DNA from: Thermoleophilia bacterium | GTDB lineage: Bacteria; Actinomycetota; Thermoleophilia; UBA2241 | DNA: 64,000 bases | Assembly (NCBI GenBank): GCA_040776965.1 | Contig: JAXGZO010000001.1 | Span: forward strand, 483,498-547,497 | Direction: 5' to 3' | Part shown: positions 55,176 to 63,281 of the stretch, one piece after another | How the letters are laid out: each line of letters begins with the position of its first letter | How positions within the stretch are numbered: the stretch's first letter is position 1 | The notes under the pieces: model-generated | What the model saw: only the letters and a program-made list of their open reading frames with translations | Told to the model about the DNA's origin: nothing | The model's database searches: none | Position numbers and translations under genes: made by a program

Positions 55176-55209
55176 TCTTCTGTCAGTGTAGGCGATAAGG
55201 AGGTTTTAC

Positions 55210-55413
55210 GTGGGTAAACTGCTCAAAGTCTCGGAGGCCGCCGACCTCATCGGCGTCTCTCAAAGGCAGATCAGGGCGTGGCTAAAGGTCGGCGCCGACC
55301 CAATCCCAAGCGTCTCCGTCGGAGACACCGGGCGCGTCCGTCTCGTCATCGAAGACGAGATCGAGGACTGGCTCAAGCGACGGGCAGAAAAAGACAGCGG
55401 CGGCGCGGCGTGA
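55210..55413 (+). CDS. Excisionase-family / MerR-like HTH DNA-binding protein
   Basis: 67 aa. LLKVSEAADLIGVSQRQIRAWLK. GTG start after AAGGAGG. Confidence 0.7.
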   Translation: MGKLLKVSEAADLIGVSQRQIRAWLKVGADPIPSVSVGDTGRVRLVIEDEIEDWLKRRAEKDSGGAA

Positions 55414-55454
55414 GAGCCATCTCACAGACCAGAGCGAGAAAAGAGGAGGAGAAG

Positions 55455-55667
55455 ATGATTAAGAGCGCAACCCCACTAACCGCTGGCACGGCGGGGGGTC
55501 ACAAAGCAAACGCCACGCTCCACTCTACCAGAAAACCGAAGCGTATGAAAAGGTTCGTAGAGGTCGCCTACGTCTGGATCGCATACGCGCTCCTCGGCCT
55601 CGCATGCGGGCTCGCCCTCTTCGTTCTGTGGGTCTTTGTCGTCGGCCTCTGGGCGGTGTTCGGATGA
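55455..55667 (+). CDS. Small phage membrane protein
   Basis: ATG 55455 after AGGAGGAG. C-terminal hydrophobic stretch VAYVWIAYALLGLACGLALFVLWVFVVGLWAVF. Confidence 0.5.
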   Translation: MIKSATPLTAGTAGGHKANATLHSTRKPKRMKRFVEVAYVWIAYALLGLACGLALFVLWVFVVGLWAVFG

Positions 55668-56614
55668 GCCGCGCGGACTTCCTCGAAAACCGCCGGCGTT
55701 ATCTCGGCGGCACCGATATGGCCGCCATCGCCGGCGTCTCTCCGTGGAGCAGCAAGCTCTCGGTTTATGAATCGAAGATCTCACAGCCGGGAAGCGACGA
55801 GAGTACCCTCCCGATGCGTAGGGGCACCGCCCTCGAGGACTTCGTCGCCGACGAGTTTACGCGAGCCCGCCCAGGCTACACCACTTACCGCCCCCGGCCG
55901 ATCGTTCACGACGAGTGGGGCTTCCCCGCCGGCGCCTCGATCGATCGCTACATCGCGACCGTCGACAGGCCGCGCACGCCGGTCGCCGTCCTCGAGTGCA
56001 AAACCGCCTTCGGCTTCCGCTCGGGCGCGAAGTGGGACGCCGAGACCGGCGAGCTCCCAGAGGGCTACTACATCCAAGCCCAGTGGTATCTCGCCGTCAC
56101 CGGCCTCGATCTCGCCTACGCCGCCGCCGACACCGGCGGGCAGGACCTCACGATCGTCGAGGTACGGGCAGATCATCATCTCCACAACGCCCTCATCGAC
56201 CTCGGGCGGCGGTTTTGGCTCGACCACGTAGAGGCCAACATCCCGCCTCAGCCCGACGGCTCACGCGCCGATGGCGAGGTCCTTAGTGGCCTGTGGCTCG
56301 GCGAGACGATCCCCGACCCGCCGATCGAGATCGAGGACATCGAGGCCGAGCGCCTCGTCTGCGAGTACCTCGCCCGCGAGCGTGAGGTGAAGGCCGCGAA
56401 GCTCGCCGCAGACCAGGCTAAACAGGCCCTGCAGGCGCTCATGGGCCCGCACGAGGCTGCCGTCGTCGCCGACCGGTGGCGGCTCAGCTGGAAGACGCAG
56501 ACGCGCAAAACGCTCGACACGAAGCGCCTCCGCGCCGATCACCCCGAGCTCGCCGCCGAGTACACGAAAACATCCGAGTCGAGGACCTTCTTCGCTCCCA
56601 AGGAGATCGCATGA
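55664..56614 (+). CDS. YqaJ-type (lambda-exonuclease-like, PD-(D/E)xK) recombination exonuclease
   Basis: ATGA overlap start. RRRYLGGTDMAAIAGVSPWSS...LECKT...YYIQAQWYL. Confidence 0.85.
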   Translation: MSRADFLENRRRYLGGTDMAAIAGVSPWSSKLSVYESKISQPGSDESTLPMRRGTALEDFVADEFTRARPGYTTYRPRPIVHDEWGFPAGASIDRYIATVDRPRTPVAVLECKTAFGFRSGAKWDAETGELPEGYYIQAQWYLAVTGLDLAYAAADTGGQDLTIVEVRADHHLHNALIDLGRRFWLDHVEANIPPQPDGSRADGEVLSGLWLGETIPDPPIEIEDIEAERLVCEYLAREREVKAAKLAADQAKQALQALMGPHEAAVVADRWRLSWKTQTRKTLDTKRLRADHPELAAEYTKTSESRTFFAPKEIA

Positions 56615-57459
56615 CAGACAAAGCCATCGAAAAACCAGCGAAATCGCCGGCGACCGTCCTCGACGTTTTCAAGAGCAGCGCTTTCACCGAGCAAGTCGCC
56701 ACCGCCCTCCCAGCCCACATTAAGCCCGAGACGATGATGAGGGTAGCCCTCACGGAGGTTCGGACCAACGAGCTCCTCAAGAAGTGCAGCCCGGCGTCTT
56801 TCATGGGCGCGCTCCTGAAAGCGGCGCAATGCGGCCTCCGCCCCGGGATGTTCGGCGAGTGCTATCTCATTCCGCGCTGGAATGGCCGTCTTAAATGCTA
56901 CGAGGCGAGCTTCCAGGCCGGTTATCAGGGCCTTGTTCAGCTCGCCCACAATTCTGGCTACGTCGACGAGATCTCCGCTTTCCCGGTCTACTCCCAGGAT
57001 CAATTCTCATACCGCCTCGGCACCGATCCCGGCATCGACCACATCCCCGACCTTAGCGGGTCCAGACGCGACGAGGACATCACGTTTTTTTACGCCGTCA
57101 TCAAACTCAAGACAGGCGGCCGACAGCTCGCCGTCCTCACGCGCTCGGAGGTCGACGACATTCGCGACAAATACGGCGCGGCGAAGTCGAAAGAGACCGG
57201 AGAAGTCACCGGCCCATGGGTGACGGCCTATGCCGAGATGGGCAAAAAAACCGTCCTTCTGCGAGCACTGAAACTCGTCCCGAAAGACTCCGACCGTCTC
57301 GCCCTCGCGATCAGCGCCGAGCACCGAGAGCCACTCCACCGCGAGATCTCCTCACACACCACGCAGAAGACCCTCGCCGAGCGCGTCGCCGAGAAGATCG
57401 GCATCGACCAGGCCACCGGCGAGGTCCTGGACGCCGAGGCAGTGGAGACGGCGGAATGA
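56611..57459 (+). CDS. recT: RecT-family single-strand annealing protein
   Basis: ATGA overlap. FMGALLKAAQCGLRPG...CYLIPRWNG...ASFQAGYQGLVQLAHNSG. Confidence 0.9.
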   Translation: MTDKAIEKPAKSPATVLDVFKSSAFTEQVATALPAHIKPETMMRVALTEVRTNELLKKCSPASFMGALLKAAQCGLRPGMFGECYLIPRWNGRLKCYEASFQAGYQGLVQLAHNSGYVDEISAFPVYSQDQFSYRLGTDPGIDHIPDLSGSRRDEDITFFYAVIKLKTGGRQLAVLTRSEVDDIRDKYGAAKSKETGEVTGPWVTAYAEMGKKTVLLRALKLVPKDSDRLALAISAEHREPLHREISSHTTQKTLAERVAEKIGIDQATGEVLDAEAVETAE

Positions 57460-57677
57460 GGCGGATTAGCGATGAACTCTGGCAGCCGACGCCGCAGGAA
57501 AGCGCCTATCTCCTTAGGAGGTTCATCGACGCGGAGATTAAGCGCGTCGAGCTCGTCGGGCGCGGAGCAACAGGGGCGAGGAAGCGTGAATTTGAGGGGA
57601 GGCTAAAGAAGGCGAATGAAGCTCACGGGCTTCTGGATATTTTGGCGGATTACGTCGTACAAAATGGCGATGAATAG
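57456..57677 (+). CDS. Hypothetical phage protein
   Basis: 73 aa, ATGA-coupled to recT. No recognisable motif. Confidence 0.5.
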   Translation: MRRISDELWQPTPQESAYLLRRFIDAEIKRVELVGRGATGARKREFEGRLKKANEAHGLLDILADYVVQNGDE

Positions 57678-58644
57678 GTGGATCCCTCTCAACGTTGAGA
57701 CGGTCGACCAGGCGAGGACAGCACGCCTGGCGAGGACGCTCCACTGCGAGATCGCTCTCGCCCTAGGCTACGTCTGCGCCCTCTGGACCTGGTCGGCGAG
57801 ACTCGCACTCGACGGGGATCTCAGCGATCTCCTCGCCGGCGACATCGCCCACGCGGCTAAATACTCCGGCGACGATCCAGAGGCGTTCCTCTCCGCCCTT
57901 ATCTCGTGCGGCTTCATCGACGAGGCCACCGACGAGAACGGCGAGGTCAAGACAACGATCAGCGATTGGGGGTACCACGCCGGCGGTCTCATGGAAATGG
58001 AGAGGAGAAACGAGCTACACCGGGAGAGGCAGCGGCGTTATCGCAAGAGGACCAGCCGAGATTGTGACGTCACCGTGACGTCACGCGTGACGTCACACAA
58101 GCGTCACGGTGACGCAACGGAGCGTCACGGTGACGTTATGAAGCATCACCGTGACCCCCTTAACAAAGACATTAACAGAGACAAAGACATCAACAGAGAG
58201 AAAGAGCTTAACAAAAGAGCTCTTAAAGATATCGTCCATCAATCGAACGAGATCGTCATCGTCGACGACTCCGACGTCTCCATCGAGAGCTCGGGCACCA
58301 GGCGGAGCACCTACCCCGCCGACTTCGACGAGTTTTGGAGCGTCTATCCTCGCAAAGACGGTAAAAAGAACGCCGCCCGTTCCTGGGGACGTCTCCCAGC
58401 TCGCGATAAAGCCCTCGCGCTCGGAGTCGCTCGCGTCATGGGCGAGATCTCAGCGAACGGCGGCGGGCCTGAGCGGCAGTACATCCTCCAGCCGGCCACC
58501 TTTCTAAACGGCGAGCGCTGGAACGACTGGGAGGAGGGGCCGCCGCCATCGTGGGCCCCCGATCCCGACCTCCGCCGCGATCGAGGCGTGCCGGATATCG
58601 AGGAGACGATCCGCGAAATGGTCGAGGAGGGGCTGATCTCATGA
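57664..58644 (+). CDS. Phage replication organiser / initiator-like protein containing the putative origin
   Basis: 326 aa. C-terminal FDEFWSVYPRKDGKKNAARSWGRL...GERWNDW resembles DnaD/replisome-organiser-type phage proteins. The central low-complexity segment is encoded by the iteron array. Function is inferred. Confidence 0.65.
   Translation: MAMNRWIPLNVETVDQARTARLARTLHCEIALALGYVCALWTWSARLALDGDLSDLLAGDIAHAAKYSGDDPEAFLSALISCGFIDEATDENGEVKTTISDWGYHAGGLMEMERRNELHRERQRRYRKRTSRDCDVTVTSRVTSHKRHGDATERHGDVMKHHRDPLNKDINRDKDINREKELNKRALKDIVHQSNEIVIVDDSDVSIESSGTRRSTYPADFDEFWSVYPRKDGKKNAARSWGRLPARDKALALGVARVMGEISANGGGPERQYILQPATFLNGERWNDWEEGPPPSWAPDPDLRRDRGVPDIEETIREMVEEGLIS
58064..58156. repeat. Iteron array (putative phage ori)
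   Basis: GTGACGTCAC at 58064, 58075 and 58087. GCGTCACGGTGACG at 58101 and 58122. TCACCGTGAC at about 58146. An AT-rich tract follows with the direct repeat AAAGACATYAACAGAGA (58157-58240). Confidence 0.6.
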
Positions 58645-59162
58645 CAACGGCCGAGATAGCGGCGATCCTTCGTACTATTAATTCAGTGTGGAGACCTGTT
58701 CTCGATGAGTACCAGCAGCGCGAGTGGGTCGACTTCCTCATGGACTACGACGTGGAGCCGGCGAAGCGCGCGGTATCGGCGCTCCGCGGCTCGAGTGAGT
58801 GGAGGCCGAGCATGAGCGCGTTCCGCGAGTCGTACCTGCGAGAGCTCGACACCTCACCGGCCGCCCCAGCCGATAGACCACTCCTCGGCGCCGGAGACGA
58901 GGCTACCTACAGGAACGGCCGCCGGCAGACGAACGCGGAGAAAAATCAGGACCTCTACGGCTCCAGCGTCGACGACTGGGTCTATTGTTGGCAATGCGAC
59001 CTCGCCATCACCCTCGCCGAGCTCGACACAGACGCCACCTACAGGCAGGGCTACGGCTTTCGCCACCACCGCTGCCCGCCACACGGCTCGCGGCCATCGA
59101 TCCCAAACGCCGAGCGCCGCACACGAGCAGAGCACTGGCAGCGCACCGGCATCAGCGTCTAG
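58641..59162 (+). CDS. Hypothetical phage protein with a C-terminal Cys/His cluster
   Basis: 173 aa, ATGA-coupled. CWQCD...HHRCPPH. Confidence 0.55.
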   Translation: MTTAEIAAILRTINSVWRPVLDEYQQREWVDFLMDYDVEPAKRAVSALRGSSEWRPSMSAFRESYLRELDTSPAAPADRPLLGAGDEATYRNGRRQTNAEKNQDLYGSSVDDWVYCWQCDLAITLAELDTDATYRQGYGFRHHRCPPHGSRPSIPNAERRTRAEHWQRTGISV

Positions 59163-59195
59163 CGCGGTGATCTACTACAGCGATAGGACAAGCAA

Positions 59196-59381
59196 ATGAC
59201 ACAACTACACGAAATAAGCGCCCACAAATCGAACCAGCGCCCCGAGGACGCCGAAAAACAGCGATCGGAGCGTAAGAAGGCGTGGGTACTATGGATAGCG
59301 GCTTGCTCCGCCGTTTTGGGGGCGTGTTGCGGCGCTGCGGTGATTTCCTGCATAGCGTTGGCCCTCGGTCTGTGGAGGTGA
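59196..59381 (+). CDS. Small phage membrane protein
   Basis: 61 aa. Basic N-terminus, then WVLWIAACSAVLGACCGAAVISCIALALGLW. Confidence 0.45.
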   Translation: MTQLHEISAHKSNQRPEDAEKQRSERKKAWVLWIAACSAVLGACCGAAVISCIALALGLWR

Positions 59382-59388
59382 GGAGGAG

Positions 59389-60186
59389 ATGAGCGCGCAG
59401 CAAACATTCGCACCAAGTTCGCTCACCGCGAGATCCATGAGTGTCACGCAGGCGGCTCGCGAGATCGGGATCCCGCCAAAAGCCGCCTATAAAAGCTGCC
59501 ACGCTTACCTCGACGGCGACAAAACCGAGATCCCCTGCCGGATGGTTAAACACCTCATCCGCGTTTACCACGACGAGCTTGAGGCGTGGATCGACGGCCG
59601 CGGAGGCATCCCGATTGAGGAGCCGTCGACGCAGCAAAAGGAGGAGATCTCCGATGACGAGCCCTCCGTCGCCTGTACTGGCTGCAGCGACTCCGGCACA
59701 AGTCTCTGCCGGGAGACCTTTCGCTGCGAGAGCTGCGGCATGATGAAAAACAGCTGCGCTCACCTCCCGGGATGGCCGCGAGTCAGGACCGGCACCTGCT
59801 CCGACTGCGAGTTCAACGCCCTCCTCGACGGCAAGCGCGCCGCGTTTTTTGAGACGGAGTCGAGAAAAAAACGGGCGAATGGGTGGACGGATGAGGAAGA
59901 GGCAGCCGTCGTCGAAATGAGGTCAAATGGACTGAGCATCGCCGAGATTAGCGAGCGTCTTTGCCGGACTGAGAAAGCCGTCTACTACAGGATCGGCAAG
60001 AAGGCGACCGGCGCCTCTGCAGTCAAAAAATTCACTGCACCAGCGTGGACGAGCTGGGAAACCGATGAGGCAGAAAGGCTCACCGCCGCCGGCGTCCATG
60101 CGAAGGAGATCGGAGAGAGGCTCGGGAGGACTGAGCGAGCCGTGAAGAATCGCCTCCGCCGCGTTCGGCTTAAGGCGGGATTGTGA
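59389..60186 (+). CDS. Phage DNA-binding protein with a Cys-rich centre and two Myb/sigma-region-4-like HTH repeats
   Basis: 265 aa. WTDEEEAAVVEMRSNGLSIAEISERLCRTEKAVYYRI and WETDEAERLTAAGVHAKEIGERLGRTERAVKNRL. Confidence 0.6.
   Translation: MSAQQTFAPSSLTARSMSVTQAAREIGIPPKAAYKSCHAYLDGDKTEIPCRMVKHLIRVYHDELEAWIDGRGGIPIEEPSTQQKEEISDDEPSVACTGCSDSGTSLCRETFRCESCGMMKNSCAHLPGWPRVRTGTCSDCEFNALLDGKRAAFFETESRKKRANGWTDEEEAAVVEMRSNGLSIAEISERLCRTEKAVYYRIGKKATGASAVKKFTAPAWTSWETDEAERLTAAGVHAKEIGERLGRTERAVKNRLRRVRLKAGL
59915..59948 (+). repeat. 34-nt exact direct repeat, copy 1 (inside 59389-60186)
   Basis: aaatgaggtcaaatggactgagcatcgccgagat, identical at 60657-60690. Confidence 0.9.
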
Positions 60187-60575
60187 TGAGGACATCGACA
60201 AAAGTCACGATCAGCGGCCGTCTACCAGGCCTCAACGACTACTCTCGCGTGTGCAGGTCGGGAGCAAAAGCCGGCGCCACGATGAAGAGGAAGACAGAGC
60301 GGGCGATCTCGTGGGCGATCACAGAATCTCAGGCCGAGGCCGTCCACGGAAAAGTCAAGGTGAGCTTCCTGTGGGTGGAGCCGGATCGGCGGAGGGATCT
60401 CGACAACGTCGCGTTTGCGAAAAAGTTCATCCTCGACGCGCTTGTGAGGCGCGGCATCATCGACGGCGACGGGCAGGCACACGTTGTCGGGTTCGCGGAT
60501 TCTTTCGCGGTCGATCCTGCTGAGCCGAGGGTTGAGGTTGTGGTGGAGGGAGTAGAACAGTGTGAAAAGTTGTGA
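60183..60575 (+). CDS. rusA: RusA-family Holliday-junction resolvase
   Basis: 130 aa. PGLNDY...RRDLDNVAFAKKFILDALVRRGIIDGD is typical of RusA. Confidence 0.85.
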   Translation: MMRTSTKVTISGRLPGLNDYSRVCRSGAKAGATMKRKTERAISWAITESQAEAVHGKVKVSFLWVEPDRRRDLDNVAFAKKFILDALVRRGIIDGDGQAHVVGFADSFAVDPAEPRVEVVVEGVEQCEKL

Positions 60576-60656
60576 CCAGTATGCCGTCGGAGAGAGTTGG
60601 TGAGCAGTGAGCGACTCAATTCCGAGATGGTGCGTAACGTGCGACAACTGCCTAAT

Positions 60657-60690
60657 AAATGAGGTCAAATGGACTGAGCATCGCCGAGAT
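60657..60690 (+). repeat. 34-nt exact direct repeat, copy 2 (left junction of the sheath segment)
   Basis: Same 34-mer as 59915-59948. Flanks differ on both sides. Confidence 0.9.
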
Positions 60691-60826
60691 CAAGACCGCC
60701 GGAAAACGCGGCCTGGTGCGCATCACCGACCTGACCGGCGGCGTGGAACCGGAACCGGAAAAGCCCACGGCAACCGATGACGCCGCAGCCGATGAGGCCA
60801 AGACCACCAGCAAGCGGAGGAAATAA
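60659..60826 (+). CDS. 55-aa chimeric-looking ORF immediately upstream of the sheath gene
   Basis: MRSNGLSIAEI (from the repeat) + KTAGKRGLVRITDLTGGVEPEPEKPTATDDAAADEAKTTSKRRK. Stop lies 2 nt before the sheath ATG. Below the ORF-track cut-off. Coding status is uncertain. Confidence 0.3.
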   Translation: MRSNGLSIAEIKTAGKRGLVRITDLTGGVEPEPEKPTATDDAAADEAKTTSKRRK

Positions 60827-60828
60827 CC

Positions 60829-62358
60829 ATGCCGACCTATCTATCGCCCGGGATTTACACCCGGGAAACGGACTTCAGTTTCTATGTGAAGCAGATCTCG
60901 ACCTCGTCGGCCGCCATGGTCGGAGTGGCCGAGAAAGGCCCGATCAACAAGCCCGTGCTGGTGACGAGCTGGGAGCAGTTCATCAACCGTTTCGGCTCCT
61001 ATATCAACGAGAGCTATCTGGCCTACGCCGCCCGGGCGTTTTTCGACAACGGCGGCTCGGTCCTCTATGTCACCCGCATCGCCCATCTCACCGACCCCAC
61101 CGACCGGGACACCCTGACGGCGCTGAAGTCTTCCATCGTGCTGCAGAACCGGGAGGCGACGCCCGCCGACGCCCTGCGGATCGAGGCCGTGAACGAAGGC
61201 GTCTGGGGCGACCGAATCTCCGTCTCCATCGAGGATGGCTCTCTAGATCCGGCCAACCATTTCAACCTGGTGGTCCGGCACAAAGGCGATGTGGTCGAGG
61301 TGTTCAAGGATCTGAGCATGGACGAGACGCTGCCGAACCATGTGGAGCTGGCGATCAACGACCGTTCGGATTTCATCCTGGTCCAGGATCTGGCAGCCGC
61401 GTCGGGAACGCCCGGCAACCGTCCGGCATTGGGCGTGTTCGCGCTCAGCGGCGGCGACAACGGACTGACCGATCTGGCCGATGCGGACTTCATCGGCGAT
61501 CCCTCGCAGCATACCGGCCTCTATGGCTTTGACGAGATCGACGCCCTGAACCTGCTGATGGTTCCCGGCGTCACCACGGTGCCGGTCATCAACGCCGGAA
61601 TCGCCTATGCCGAAGGGCGCAAGGATCTGCTGTTCATCGCCGACACGCCCATGCATCTGGAGCCGCTCGAAGCGGTCGACTTCCGCAAGGGACAAGGGAT
61701 GTACAGCCACGCGGCCTTCAACTCCTCCTACGCGGCGCTCTACTACCCCTGGCTGGAGATCAGCGATCCGGTCAACTCGCGCAAGAAGCTGGTGCCGCCC
61801 TGCGGCGCGGTGGCGGGCTGCATCGCCCGCAGCGACCAGAAGACCAACGTCTGGAACGCGCCCGCCGGTATCGACCGTGGCCGCATCTTCAACACGCTCT
61901 CCCTGGCCTACAAGACCAGCCGTGGCGAGCGCGATGTGCTCTATCCGGAAGGGGTCAACGTCATCGCCGTGTTCCCCGACACCGGCATCAACATCTGGGG
62001 GCAGAAGACACTGCAGAGCCAGCCATCGGCCGTGGACCGCATCAACGTGCGCCGCCTGATGATGTTCATGGAGGAAGCCATCTCGGAATCCTCCCGCTTC
62101 GTGGTGTTCGAGCCGAACCATCCCCAGACCTGGCGTGCCCTCGGCCGCCTGATCAACCCCTTCCTGCAGGACATCAAGGACAAGGGCGGCCTCTACGACT
62201 TCGCCTTCCAGTGCGACGAGGAGACCAACACCCCGGCGGTCATCGACCGCAACGAAATGGTGGCCCGCGTGTTCGTCAAGCCGACCAAGACGGCGGAGTT
62301 CATCGAGCTGAACTTCATCCTGACCAGCACCGGCGCGGACTTCAAAGAAATCATCTAA
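60829..62358 (+). CDS. Contractile tail sheath protein (phage / tailocin / eCIS sheath family)
   Basis: 509 aa. N-terminus MPTYLSPGIYTRETDFS, YYPWLEI, NAPAGIDRG, INIWGQKTL and a C-terminal ...FILTSTGADFKEII are characteristic of sheath proteins. GGAGGAAATAACC before the ATG. Confidence 0.9.
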   Translation: MPTYLSPGIYTRETDFSFYVKQISTSSAAMVGVAEKGPINKPVLVTSWEQFINRFGSYINESYLAYAARAFFDNGGSVLYVTRIAHLTDPTDRDTLTALKSSIVLQNREATPADALRIEAVNEGVWGDRISVSIEDGSLDPANHFNLVVRHKGDVVEVFKDLSMDETLPNHVELAINDRSDFILVQDLAAASGTPGNRPALGVFALSGGDNGLTDLADADFIGDPSQHTGLYGFDEIDALNLLMVPGVTTVPVINAGIAYAEGRKDLLFIADTPMHLEPLEAVDFRKGQGMYSHAAFNSSYAALYYPWLEISDPVNSRKKLVPPCGAVAGCIARSDQKTNVWNAPAGIDRGRIFNTLSLAYKTSRGERDVLYPEGVNVIAVFPDTGINIWGQKTLQSQPSAVDRINVRRLMMFMEEAISESSRFVVFEPNHPQTWRALGRLINPFLQDIKDKGGLYDFAFQCDEETNTPAVIDRNEMVARVFVKPTKTAEFIELNFILTSTGADFKEII

Positions 62359-62412
62359 CGGGAGAACACGGCTATGAGAAGCGGAAACATGCCGTTCCTC
62401 GAAGAGGAGTGA

Positions 62413-62607
62413 GTTATCGACACAAACGCGTCTGTTCTTGTCTGCGACCTGAACGCTACTTACAAGGTGTGGTGCGACGATAAATGCGTTCGCCCTGTGA
62501 GCAGAATCATGTTTGCGAATGAGATGGAGGATCGTGGGTTCACACACACAAAGAGTGGAGGAGTACGAAAGCGCAATGGGCTGCGACTGGTATCGGAGGG
62601 AAAATGA
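62413..62607 (+). pseudogene. C-terminal remnant of a P4/D5-type phage primase-helicase
   Basis: Frame reads VIDTNASVLVCDLNATYKVWCDDKCVRPVSRIMFANEMEDRGFTHTKSGGVRKRNGLRLVSEGK. This resembles the usual primase C-terminus (Y..WC......S...F...L...GF). It ends with an ATGA overlap onto the next gene. No N-terminal part is present. Confidence 0.5.
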
Positions 62608-62819
62608 ACTGCAGCGAATACATGAAGTGCATAAACTGTGATTGGGCTCTATGGCGTGAAGACGATCTCAATAACCCGGTTTGCTCAGCGAAAAAAGACG
62701 GAGAAAACGAAGTTTGGCATCTCGACTCCTGCGACAACGGCCGGTTTCTACCTGAGACCAAGGAGCATTTCTACGACTTTACGAGGAAGGTCGGGCTCGG
62801 AGAGCTTTTGAAAAAATAA
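62604..62819 (+). CDS. Small Cys-rich phage protein
   Basis: 71 aa. MNCSEYMKCINCDW...PVCSAKK...LDSCDNG. Visibly lower G+C. Confidence 0.5.
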   Translation: MNCSEYMKCINCDWALWREDDLNNPVCSAKKDGENEVWHLDSCDNGRFLPETKEHFYDFTRKVGLGELLKK

Positions 62820-62830
62820 TCGACAAATCT

Positions 62831-62941
62831 GGAAAAAAACTTCAGAAATCTTCAAAAACCGCTTGACACCAGCTAAGACCTGGTGTAAGATAAAGTCATA
62901 GCAAGGAGGAACCAAGAAGGTTCCCGACAAGGAGGAAGACC
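62831..62941 (+). repeat. Promoter-leader cassette, copy 1
   Basis: About 111 nt, near-identical to 63872-63981. A-rich UP-like tract, TTGACA-17-TAAGAT, then AAGGAGGAACCAAGAAGGTTCC-CGAC-AAGGAGGAAGA-CC-ATG. Confidence 0.85.
62863..62891 (+). promoter_or_regulatory. Near-consensus sigma-70-type promoter
   Basis: TTGACA (62863-62868), 17-nt spacer, TAAGAT (62886-62891). Confidence 0.6.
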
Positions 62942-63223
62942 ATGAAGGCCACGAAGACCACCTGGAGCCAGCTCAAGACCGCCGCGACAGATGCAGCAGG
63001 AAGCGCTTGGGACGTCATCGACGGAGACAGCCGCTATCTCACGCTCCTCGATCCAGCCACCGGCCGGAAGATCCAGGCCTATCACGTCGACGGCAAGACC
63101 GTCCTCGCCGGCGCCACGATCAGCATGCGCGAGACCGCCCGCCGCCTCGCCGAGGAGCTCCAGACCGCTCATCGTTTCGGCGGCCTCGGAGACTTCACGA
63201 GGCTCAACGAGCTCGGCAAATAA
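62942..63223 (+). CDS. Hypothetical phage protein
   Basis: 93 aa, driven by cassette copy 1 and followed by a terminator. Confidence 0.55.
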   Translation: MKATKTTWSQLKTAATDAAGSAWDVIDGDSRYLTLLDPATGRKIQAYHVDGKTVLAGATISMRETARRLAEELQTAHRFGGLGDFTRLNELGK

Positions 63224-63234
63224 ACAAACTCAAT

Positions 63235-63266
63235 GAGGGCGCCCCTTCGGGGGCGTCTTCTTTTTT
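63235..63266 (+). terminator. Rho-independent terminator
   Basis: gagggcgcccc-ttcg-ggggcgtcttc followed by TTTTTT. Confidence 0.7.
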
Positions 63267-63281
63267 GACCAGGAGGATGAG

